A DNA stretch of 64,000 bases from Lingula anatina (lineage: Eukaryota > Animalia > Brachiopoda), in NCBI GenBank assembly GCA_051362555.1, contig CM120640.1:15438001-15502000 (forward strand). Direction: 5' to 3'. Below are positions 22,855-39,627 of the stretch, in pieces; the stretch's first letter is position 1; every line of letters begins with the position of its first letter. A model generated the notes under the pieces. The model worked only from the letters and a program-made list of their open reading frames with translations. It was not told the DNA's origin and made no database searches. A program made the translations under genes and the position numbers.

Positions 22855-24003
22855 AGTGCGGACTGGGGAAGTCTGTTCTAACACATTGGGGCTGCTCTCC
22901 TGGCTTCCCTCAGTGCTGTACTAATGCTGCACCAGCTCTCTCTCTCTCTCTCTCTCTCAAGCAATATCCGGCCCTGTGGGAAGTCTACTGGAAATAGAAA
23001 AGAAAGGGATTTAATGTCTGAAATGGATTTTATACGTCTCTTTAATCAACTGTATTCTATGCTTAATGCACACCAATCTCATGCCTTTTTTTCAAGATAT
23101 CTCTTTCTTTTGTTTGTGTCTATGCAAGTAAATTGTACTGATAAGTACTGGGGGCTTGTACTGATGTGCTTCCATGTCTCGATTAGATAGAAACATTATA
23201 GTGATATGTTTGTCATTTAAGATAAGTTAATCAACATATGAATTATTTTAACATATAAATACAATGCAGTTAACCACCAATCTAAAGTAAAAACCAAGCA
23301 AGCCACTTGACTGGTTCAGGCAAGCTAACACAAGATAAAACAGATTAGTGAACATACTGAGACGAAGAATGTGATACAAAAATTTGGCATGATTAATACA
23401 AAAGGAATGTTTCATCATAGAGGAAAGGGTCATTTTTCATTTTTATCTTTTTATTTTTTAATTTTATTTCATCCAATACTGCATAAGTTATCTCCTTAAA
23501 TCAATATTACAAATTTTTAGGGTGTAGCATTTTATCGGCACCTGTTAGCATCATAAACTGCCATACTGAAAATTCACACACCTAAGACTGTATAACTTAA
23601 AAGTCATCAAAAAATAACAAGTTAAAACTCCCTCATCTCTATAAAAGTAAAAGCTTTGCACTAGATGGTTTTCTATTAAATCAACCAATTAAATAGGTGT
23701 TTAAGATGCATTCAACAGTTTGTTTTGCCAGTGCTGCCCCAGTGTATAGAAGAAATGGTGCATGATTCATGAATAATAAAATGAGCAGCAGTATGGAAGT
23801 GATCTTGCCATGAAATGTTTGAATAACAGCATTCCTCACTTTTCTTCTCTTGTGCCTGTACCGCCTGCTCCATTGTCGCAAATCAAGAACAAGTCAGGTG
23901 TGTGAGATTTACAGATCTATAGCCCTGACCCTGAGCTCCAAAGCACCAGGGGCCCAGGTTCATTAACTACTTTAGCCTAAACATTGGTCTTAACTGCAAA
24001 TTA

Positions 24004-24209
24004 CAAGGTTTCCCCTAGAAAGTCGCCCAGTCGTCACTTGGCCAGCCATTAGCCTCAAAGTACTGCCTACATTTCAAAAGACAGCTGGATTACAAAATTA
24101 TTGTGTCATTTGGTTGGGTTTGCTTGATTTGGACTCTCTGTAAATCGATGACCAAATTATAAATTCACATTTTAAACCCCCTGCACCCCAAAGCCTGGGG
24201 AGACCCCTG
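24004..24209. mobile_element. Probable degenerate hAT-like MITE
   Basis: Imperfect TIR CAAGGTTTCCCCTAG / CTGGGGAGACCCCTG; CTGCAAA occurs on both flanks, although offset by 3 nt on the left. Confidence 0.4.
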
Positions 24210-24229
24210 CTGCAAAGCCAAAAATTTAA

Positions 24230-24455
24230 CACCCCATTTCCATAGATTTTTAGATCGATCTATCCCTGTGGGGAGTCTCACTAGATTTCTGTCAGCTTGG
24301 CCAGCTTAAGCGTTTGTCCCGCCTACTAAAAGCTGTAAAGGGGTAATTAACTATGGTGCCCGCTCGGCTGACTACAATTTAGCGTGAACCCCCAGGGAGT
24401 TAGGTCCATCTAAATCTTAATCTTTAGATTGATCTAAATCTCTGGGAAAGCACCC
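24230..24455 (+). mobile_element. PIF/Harbinger (Tourist-like) MITE family H1, copy 1
   Basis: Aligns over ~220 bp with 63596-63813 (same orientation) and 57492-57705 (reverse); terminal repeats with ATAGATTTTAGATCGATCTA; TAA/TTA flanks. Confidence 0.85.
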
Positions 24456-24619
24456 TTAGTCTTCTTTGGCCCAAAATAAATCAGTAGTTATCTGTTTTAT
24501 AACAAGAAAGTCTGTAAATAGTTAATATTTTGGACTAAAATCTTTTAGTGGATTTGTGTTGAACTTTTCATTTTATAGTTAATGAGCAAAAAGTGACTGA
24601 AGGTTTGGAAAAATTCACT

Positions 24620-24653
<34 letters not shown>

Positions 24654-25055
24654 CAAGCAATTTAGTTGCTATCCCTTTCTTATGCTCTCAATGTCCTTGA
24701 AACCAAACTGAAACAAAAAAGAGTCTTTTCTTCTGGCAGTATTATAAATAATATGTAACATATAACCTTTTCTAAGCTTCAATCTCCTTACCTCAGTGGG
24801 TATGCACCTTTCAAAAAATAGCAGTGTTCTGCAACCTTGACTTTAAATATGTGACAAGACCCCCTGGATTGAAAAGATTCCTGGATTAAGTTACTCCACA
24901 CATTGTTCTATTCAACATGATGCCGTAAAAACTAAGTTTACAGTGAGACTGCATTTACGACTTCTTTTGCTCAATGTTTGAACTTACCAACCTGTCTCAT
25001 GTCTCAGACAGAGGGCCTATATGTGGCCTGGCCAAGTCTTTTTAGCCATAAGTAA

Positions 25056-25223
25056 CAGGCCCGTAGCCAGCAGTTCCAAAAGGGGGGTTCTTTTTCTGAA
25101 AAAGTGGACCTTTTTCCATAAAAACATCATGTACCTAGATCAAATTTTTCCCAGAGTGGACCTTTTCCCAGCAAAAGGGGTGGTTCTTTTGAACCCGCCG
25201 AACCCCCCCTGGCTACAGGCCTG
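25056..25223 (+). mobile_element. 168-bp MITE with CAG..CTG ends and 5-bp TSD (hAT5-like), copy 1
   Basis: TIR CAGGCCCGTAGCCAG / CTGGCTACAGGCCTG; AGTAA duplicated on both sides. Confidence 0.85.
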
Positions 25224-27286
25224 AGTAATAAGTAAATCTAAATCTTCGGGGGTTGTAGGCTTGTATTTCTAAATCTTATTTCCTTTTTTCATATTTTTTA
25301 ATTTTTATTTTTGCAAAGCGTAAACAGTCCACTGCCCTGATATGGTGGCATTACATAAAAGAAAACAGTAACTGCATGGCAAGCAGTCAGTCATAGACTG
25401 GTCAATACAAAATAGCCGAAGGCAACCTGCATGGCTTCTCATATTGTATAGCTGTAGAGCAGAGCATAAAATTACAGTGAAGCTATTGAAACTTGATCTG
25501 CCTGATAGCACTAACTACTGTTACCCTACTGCTCTTGCACTATGAAGGCATATTTCATGCCATGTCATATATAAAGCTCTGTGACAAATATCTAACCAGC
25601 ACCATGAACAATCAGATGTGGGTATGTTTTACCATAATAGATGAAATTGCCTGACAACAATAAACTGTGTATGTTTTTGTAGTACATAACTCATGAATTA
25701 TGTTCTGTGATCTGGAATCAATATATCTTATCTCATGGGCCTGTGAACCACCTACTTCTATGGCAAATATGCAGTTTTCATCAGAACTTATTCATTTGCA
25801 ATCTCCTTTTTATTTAAGAACTCAACTGTATAAATCTAGCAGAGAAAAAATAAGGTTGAGAAGAAAGGTTTTAGGTAATGGGTTTTTTAACCCCTGTACA
25901 AAAATGGTCAGTTTTACACTAGTACGTGTACAAATTGAGGTACAAACTGTTTTGTCAACTGCATTCTGTCAGAGCACCATATGGAAGACTGTCTGCAGGC
26001 ACAGCTGGTGATGTACAAGACCACCCATGCAATGAAGAAAATCATTATCATCTCTATTTTTTCTAAATCTTTCTATCTAACCTACCTACCTTTATCCGTT
26101 TGTCTACCTGTTGATTTCCTTTATTTTTTGTATGCTCTATTTAGTAACATAAGCTTATTGAATTTATAACTATTTTGTTAAAACAGCAAAGTTTACATGC
26201 AAAGAGAACACCATATAGCTACTCAAAGGTTTTCAGTTCAGCAAAAAAAAAAAAAAAAGAAGCCTTGGGAGAAATTACGACACTTAATACCACAAATCAT
26301 AATGCTCACATAATTAACCACGGTTTTAATCCACCATTAACGAGCAGATTATATCATTTATGAATTTATGAGTTCATGAAGTGGTTTCATTTAATCTCAC
26401 CATTACAACAATGACATCTTTAAAAACGCAATAAAATACTTTACATACATTACCTTAAAAGGAACTTTAATAAGAAGAGAAGCTATTTCCAAATTTCTAG
26501 TATATTACTAAGTGGTAACCTTTGTTTCAGTAATGCTATTTCCCTCTTACCATTTGGTCAAGGCTCCATATAGTATAACCCAACTTGTCATAGCAGAGAG
26601 TTGTAGACAATTTTTAATTTGAAAAAAAGAAATGAGGTTTCAGCCATCAGTTACACGAAGCATGCTATCTGCAGTACAATCATGTCATCATACTATCAAA
26701 TTTATACAAAAATCATAAAAATGTGTGCACATGTGTAATAATACAGGGTGTTTCTGGAATAACAACATAATCTAAAATATCACAGATGCTTCATTTAAAA
26801 ACAGCTGTCATAGCACTATAGGTTATAAAGGCAATCAAGTTTTTAACCTTCAATGTCAACTAGAAAATGATAAAGTGCACAAGCAACTGTTTCAGAGATT
26901 GAGACCACATAGGATTAATGTTTCAGAGATTTAGACCACATAATGGATTAATTTCATGTTTTGATGTGTGCCACCCAACAATGTAAACTAAGTGTCATTT
27001 TTGTCATTTAAATACAATGTTTCACAGCTACTGCTTTCAATATTGGCACAATATAATGCCTGTTTCTTCTAAACACATCTAACAATACTACTTATAGGAT
27101 GTAAGTGTGATTCCACACCATCCAAGTCAAACAGAAGAAATAATATACACACCTGAAGAGGTGAGTGTGTACTTTCATCATGAAAAAGTCCAAACTCAAT
27201 ATTACTGTTACAAACTTCAATTTTTATAGTAGAGAATACTGAATTATACACATGCGCTATCTTTTTGGCAAATCTCTTAATACCTC

Positions 27287-27453
27287 TAGGCCAGTAGCCA
27301 GGAGGGGGTTGGGGGTTCAAAAGAATCCCACTTTTTGCTGGAGAAAGGTTCCCTTTAGGTAAAATTTTATCTAGGCACACAAAGCTTTCATGGTAAAAGG
27401 TCCACTTTTTCAGAAAAAGAACCCCCCTTTTGAAATTGCTGGCTACGGGCCTG
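27287..27453 (-). mobile_element. Same MITE family, copy 2 (reverse)
   Basis: Reverse-complement match to 25056-25223; TSD ACCTC (27282-27286, 27454-27458). Confidence 0.85.
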
Positions 27454-28922
27454 ACCTCAGACATATATATGCTACACATTCTAGACTACGGTAGTTTTTC
27501 ATACCATTTACTGACAAATATGTTTAAATAGTGAAACTGCAACATAGTAGCTTATATCTGGCTTTGAGCTTCAACACTAATTTTGCAATCAACACCAACC
27601 TAGTGAGCTCACAAAAAAAAATTTTAGCAGAAGACTTACAAAAACATGAATTGTACCTTTTGTTTCTATTGATAATCATCAATCTAATTGCCAGTCCCAC
27701 CCATCTTTATGCATGCCAACTGGCATTAGACATACCCATAAACATGCCAGATTATCTGAAAGCCTGAGGCATAGCTACAGAGACTTTTTTCAATCCATGC
27801 AATGTCTATGTCAGAATTCAATCGGTGAGTATATTGGGAAAGGGTAGATTCTCTAAGTATCAAAGAGTCGGGTTCTGTCAGTGATTACCTTTCTGTGCCA
27901 GTGGTAGACAACTTCTACTGTGAAGTGCTTTTGTTAATATTACAAAATACAAAATAAAATGAGATACAAAATAGACTTTCAAGTGGAAGAGAAAACAATG
28001 AATACTGATCAAAAACTGCTTTGAATAAACAGACAATGGGGACGACACACTAAGCATATGCCACTGTTTTGAGAAAGTATAAAAAAGACTGATGATTTAA
28101 ACCGAATATTTTTGTCATAATTTGCTATCCATGTACTGAAGCATGATAGAATTTTAAAATTCTTACAAATGGCAACAATGAAACCCATTTACCAACACCT
28201 TTAAGACTCCCAGAGACTGAGAGCAAATAATACAAATGTACAAAGCCACATTGTAACCTCAGTTAGTGTTGTTTATTAGTGTAATGCATGCCTAGAGGTA
28301 TTTAGCTTCCACATATTAATAATAAGGTGTGACAGACATGGTGACACAAAAATAATGTCAACGAAATGCTTTCAGGCACCTCAGCAATGATAACTTCAAA
28401 TAAGAAACCTCCTTCTATGTAGGGTCGTGAGTAAAACATTGCTAGATAATGTCAGTCAATTATGGTTCAGACCGTTCTACATGTTGTGTGGCTCCAATGC
28501 AAATAAACTTCAAGGGTGACAGGATATTTCATTTCTCCCTAGTGACAGGCATGATCTTATGTCAAGTAAAACACATAATAGCAATGATACGGGTTTTGAT
28601 AGTCAATATGTGAAATTATCACGCAATGTACCGTCTGCATGCATTCTGTCAGTGTCGTTTATGATATCCTAATGAAAATAATAAATACTAATTTATCTGG
28701 ACAGAGGTTTTACGTGTACTTCAATTAGTGTGGGCGCAAACATCCATTTATACACCCAAATAATTTAACTTAACTGTCTAACGCTAGTATAAAACGTATT
28801 AAGATACGTAAATGGATTGAACAGGGTTCAGATAACTACATCTAAACTGTGAAGAGTAACTGCCATTCATTCCCCACTTGAACCGATTTGGAAAAGCTTC
28901 TACTAGCAACCGATCTACTCAC

Positions 28923-29410
28923 CGATTTTTCAATCTTCAAAGCCAATGAATGCTCATCGAAGGCAAAAAAGACCATGCGAAGAAAAGAACAGCGGTACTA
29001 ATATGCACAGACTGACGTTTCACTTTTGCAAAACTAAAAAATTCCAACACAATCACTGAAAAGGCGTTCTCTAACTCTCAGGTGCCTAGGTCACGTGACT
29101 TATCAAATTCTTCTTACTTCATGTGATGTGTATCTTTGTAAAATAAATTATTTTCCAAAATTACAAATGATATAAATTTTTCATGAAATATGGACCAAGA
29201 AAGAATCCCTTTATAAGATTAAATTAGTCTTTATATTAAAGAGGAAATCTTTCTGCGTAACTGTATAACGCATGCGCAAGTCGCTTGGGCCAAACGAAAT
29301 TTAGAGTAATTTCGCTAATTTCCCGCTACAGGCAAACACTGCAGTGACAAGATAGTTCATCTGACAAGGTATAGGTATTTTTCAAGTATGAATAGTCAAG
29401 ATGGCGACAT
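28923..29410. promoter_or_regulatory. Bidirectional promoter between RAB23 (-) and the zinc-finger gene (+)
   Basis: Minus-strand donor at 28922 and plus-strand donor near 29369 face away from each other; between and around them GTCACGTGAC (29090-29099, USF/TFE CLEAR-type E-box), CGCATGCGCA (29269-29278, NRF1-like), TTTCCCGC (29319-29326, E2F-like), CAAGATGGCG (29397-29406, YY1-like); local CpG enrichment. Confidence 0.7.
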
Positions 29411-29987
29411 GTATTCACCTTAATATTACCCTAGCCTAGGGGGCCGATGTAAACAAGCTTGGCTGTCACCTTGCTGAGTTGCTCGGCTAGTGCTAGAACA
29501 GTAATGAATCTTGAAAGCTTGAACAATGAAGTACTGTGGGTCCAAGGTAAAATTAAAAATGCAGACATCTTAATACATTGTTTTGCTCTTCACTTTGTTG
29601 TTCTCTGGATAATATCTTATCGGGAATCTATATATCATATCCATATATTTTTTTTTATTTTATCTATTATATTTTTATTTAAAAGCTTTGCATCAAAGCT
29701 TCACATTTTCAGATGGGTCAGCAGCGGGATTGATGGCTGTTTACTTTTTTATCGTTTTAGATTTACTATTTGAAGGCTCCCATTGGCTCCTTGTCACTGA
29801 TTTTGTATGAGCCGTTTTACCAGTTTAAACTGTTAATTTTTTTCTTGGGTTATGTATCATATTGTCACTGTGACACCAGTAATGGCAAAGCTTATCCCCT
29901 GGGATACTTTGAGCAATTTTCTTGTCTGTCAACTTCATTTACATATAAACCTGTTTTCTTCTTCACTCTTAGAACAAAGCACAAACA

Positions 29988-35248
<5,261 letters not shown>

Positions 35249-35362
35249 ATTTAATGAAAAAGAGAGAGTTGGCACTTGCCTCCTTTTGTTTCAAATCAAA
35301 TGGATCAGTTGAATTAATGAGGCTCTTAATGGCATTGAATCAAAAGCTTCCCAGTATTGCCC

Positions 35363-35721
35363 CAGACATGCTGAAAACTTTTCAGAATGGCCAGACATTT
35401 GGACGGGCAGTAATGAAAAATTGCCGGACCGAATTGATTTTTGTCGGACCGAAAATCACTCTATTTGTTTGAAACAGATACTACCAGTGCAATTAGGTAG
35501 CTTACTTTGTTTGTGAATGTGATAGTTATGAAATGGAAGGGAAAAAACGCTTTGGCTTTTATGTAATTTTATTAGTGAAGTATGTCGAAAGATGACTGTA
35601 TATTCAAAATTGCGGTTCTTAAAACTTGCCGGTCCTTTGGACTGACCAAGTTCAATTTTCTACCGGTCCAGACAAATTTTCCCGGTCATGACCAGTCGGA
35701 CCAACAGTTTCAGCATGTCTG
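35363..35721. mobile_element. hAT-type MITE just downstream of the zinc-finger stop codon
   Basis: 14-bp TIR CAGACATGCTGAAA / TTTCAGCATGTCTG; repeated subterminal CGGACC/GGTCC motifs; flanks TTGCCC / TTGTCC (5 of 6 match). Confidence 0.75.
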
Positions 35722-38700
35722 TTGTCCATCATTAAAGATAGTGGGCAAGGTTTTGTTTGTCAGATCAGATTGAGTGTTAAAATTAGAAAATGTCTGAATG
35801 GTAACTTTTGACAGTATAACTTTTCCAGTTTCATTAAATAAATTTAGATATTCCTAATATGAGAACCAAATTTTTGATTTACTTCAATGGAAATGATGAG
35901 GGCCGGAACGGCATGTCATCCTATACTGGAAAATGCAAAATTCTGCATGAGGTGATGTAAACTTTTCAGCAATAAGGGTGAAACTACGTTGAATGTGTAT
36001 AAGAAAGCAATACAAAAGTTTTTGAAAAAAGTGCAGAAGTCACAGTGTTGTTAAATAGTATAAGACCATAAATTGACAGAACTTTAGTAAATATAATCTG
36101 CAAAAATATTCATTGATCAATTCTGCTATTTAACTTGTTGCCAATTTCTAGTCAGTCATATTTTCAACCCCACTTGCCTCAGAATCCTGCAAAATTTGCT
36201 TGATTTCACTTATGGTTTCCCAATTTGATATTCAGTTAACTCATTTGCAGATGCAATTTTATTGCCAGTCTGAAATGGCCATTATTTTCTTTCTAAAGAA
36301 CCAATGAAAAATTTCATATTCTAAAATTTTGGCCTCACTGTTTAAAGCAACTTTCACGAGGAACATCTTTTCTGGTACAGACATAACATACAGCTCGGGA
36401 ACAAGTGAAAAAGTGCTTGAATTTTTTGTCCGAGAACAAGTTTATTTTCATAACATAGTTGAAGGAACCATGGAAATGACAAAATAAAAAATAAAAAAGA
36501 CAAGATAAACAGCTACATACTTGCATAGTTATGAGAATCACTACTAGTCAACAAATTCAAGGCTAGCTACAGATGGTTATCAAGCCTACACATAAAAACT
36601 CTGTAAAGTGCATACACTTGGTCCCCAAGGTAAAAATATTTGATGGCACAGATTTGCTCAAAATACTAAGATTCTTGCAAGGATATATATATAAATATAT
36701 CCTGCCATGATTAGAATTATCACTGATCCAAAGATTCTATATTCATAAGATGAATACAATGTTTTTTACTTGAACCTAGTTCATGGTGCAATTTCTTGTG
36801 CAGATGTGTGCGTACCATGCACAGCTACATTACTGTTTGTATACAGTATGAACACATCCTTTACTACATATACAAATGTAATCAAAGTATAGTGTGTATT
36901 AATAAAAAGAATGATCAGTAGGCTATGACCTATTAATACTATATTCTTAATGTTTTTCTTTGAAATTGATAAACTTGGAAATCCAGAATTCACAAATAAT
37001 TTGATAAAATATATAAATTGACACTAATGGAAAGCTATCCTCTCCTAAACTCTTACTGGGAAAAATATTGATAAATGAAAAACAATATTCTTTTTAACTC
37101 TTACTAGGTAAATTCTTTGTAAATAACATAACCTGGGACAGAACACTTTATTGCATAGGAAAAAGAAACAACATAATATAAGTGACATTAATTGGCATAA
37201 AATAATAAAAAGGTAAAATAATATTGCTCAAAATTGACCAGGTCTTCACTTGACTATAAATTGTCAGTGTTGACTTGGTAAATGGTACAACTTTAAACCT
37301 GACCAGAAACAATAATGGCCAAGGTCAATTTTGAATTAATGTCTATTGTAAAAATTGTAAAAAATAAATAAAAGAAATTAAAAATAATTAAATAAGGAGT
37401 GTGAAAGGAAACTAACATGTTTCAGATATTTTGATACTTCAGTATTTTGATCATTCTCCATATTCTTTATGATTGATTTAACACTCATTCGGATATTAAC
37501 CATATTAATATAAATTATTAACATATAATTAAAATGTTAATTCAAATGTGTAAAATTGCAACCAAATACTGCTTAACTGATAGCTGCCAAATCACAAGAG
37601 AGCAAGATTTTCAGAAAATTTAAAACTTTTTCTCCTCTTAATAAAATGTCTTCTTTTCACTCCAATATATCAAATACTATTGAAATCTGACCTTCAATAA
37701 GACTTCAGTGTTTTCTTTGGATGTATAGTGTATTTTACTAATACACTTGAGACATTTATTACCCCACTGGCATATACTCTGCCTCCAGGTTTCTGACTTA
37801 GTATTATTCTAAATGTGGTTCACAAAATCCAATAGAAGACGCATATTAAGAAATGGTGAAACACACCGACTCCACTACTTGTAATTTAGTATAAAGCATA
37901 ATATTCTCATAAAACAATCACAAGTACACTACAACATAAGTAAATAGAAAACACAACATGCTACTCAAGTATCAGCACAAAGAAAAAACAACAAGGATTA
38001 ACAATCAATAATATCAACAAGTTTTATCTGTTAAAAAAAAAAAGAACTTAAATAATTGCTGTTTTCACCCACTGGGTGAGAGTGTACATTTAGTTCTACA
38101 TAAAGCTGTTAAATAACATTATGCCAAAATTGCATATTAATAAATCATATCTTCCACCATAAAGCAGACACAATGGTTCCAAGAGAAAAAACTAACAATG
38201 TACACTTGAAATGCATTTTCGCTTTGCATTACCAGCTAATTATAAGGCTAGAAAAAATATCTTGACAGCATCTTGCTTTTCTTAAGCAGTATATGATAAA
38301 TGACAACTTAATTGTTGCATAACATGTCCTCCATTTTCATGTTGATCTATCTGCATATGACCATGCATTACAAAAATACAAGTAAGAAATTGGAAGATCA
38401 CAATATGCATAGCAACTTAAATATGGAAAACCACACTGCAACTTCTCAATAGGCTCTTCAATGAACTTCTTTTAGTGTTATTCAGAGGATTTAATCATTG
38501 CATAAATGTATACATTTGGCATTTTAATAAAAAAAAAAAAAAAAAAAAAAAAAACTTGCATTGCTCATTATGTAATGGAAATAGAGCTTTTAAAACATGA
38601 ACACTCAATGATATGTGTAAAAAGACTCTCACTGGGCATTTCTGATTGTGTACCCGTTTCCCAGGTATACCTTAAAATGAAAAAGAAAATGGAAGACCCC

Positions 38701-38784
38701 TTTCACCTGTCTTACTTAAACTGAGGTTTTGGTAGTAGTCCCAGATGAAAATTGAAAAACTTGAACACCATCATGGTAAACTAA

Positions 38785-39331
38785 GAGCGCATTTTCAACG
38801 AATTAAGCCAGGCTTTACAAAGCCGGTGACCTAAAAATGGCGGACGTACATGAAAGAAAAACCGCCTAATCTTTTTATAGTCTCTCCGCCTCTCACACGC
38901 CTCCCCACACGTCGTCCCTGCGGGGTACAGTAATTAAATCCCGGCTCCGAACATTAATATTTCCGTGAATATCTCTGGTGATATTATCTCCGTAGATAGT
39001 CGATTCATTGCTGCTCTACGGGCCAAATTATTCATTTTTCGTCTCTGTTTTCAAAGATAATAGAACAGAAGAGCTTTTTTCCTTCGATCGCCTTCAGCCG
39101 CCATGCTTTCTTTACCACGAGTTTAACTGATGAGCATGCGCACTTAATATTTCTCAGGTAGCTTCCGCATGGCGAACGGAGCCGAGAATTTAATTACTGT
39201 ACCCCGCAGGGACGACGTGTGGGGAGGCGGAGAGACTATTAAAAGATTAGGCGGTTTTTCTTTCATGTACGTCCGCCATTTTTAGGTCACCGGCTTTGTA
39301 AAGCCTGGCTTAATTCGTTGAGAATGCGCTC
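38785..39331. mobile_element. Harbinger-type MITE with ~155-bp terminal inverted repeats, in the SLC29 3' UTR region
   Basis: TAA duplication (38782-38784, 39332-39334); 38785-38949 is a near-perfect reverse complement of 39177-39331 apart from a ~10-nt insertion in the left arm. Confidence 0.92.
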
Positions 39332-39406
39332 TAAGCCTTTCTATAAAGCAAGCAGAGATTTCTTCCCATTCTAAATAAACATGACTGCCTTCTTGGCATT
39401 TCTTCC

Positions 39407-39581
39407 TCAGTCAACATGAATAGCCTCTACCAGCCAAGCAACAAACAGTGAAAAGTTGACACCACTGAAGATGCCGAATACCAGGAAAAATGCTGCCATC
39501 ATTCCAGCAGTGCCTGCAAACTCTGGACCCACTTGACTAAAGGAGAGGAAAAAACAATTTAAAACAAAGTGTGCCATTTTT

Positions 39582-39627
<46 letters not shown>

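Noticed and set aside
22855-22886. N-terminal extension MLEQTSPVRT of RAB23 in the ORF track
   Set aside because: It starts at GTG; homology begins at the ATG at 22854. The nearby ATG (22886) opens only a 2-codon uORF.
26888-26952. 31-bp local tandem duplication in RAB23 intron 1
   Set aside because: Ordinary slippage duplication with no further structure.
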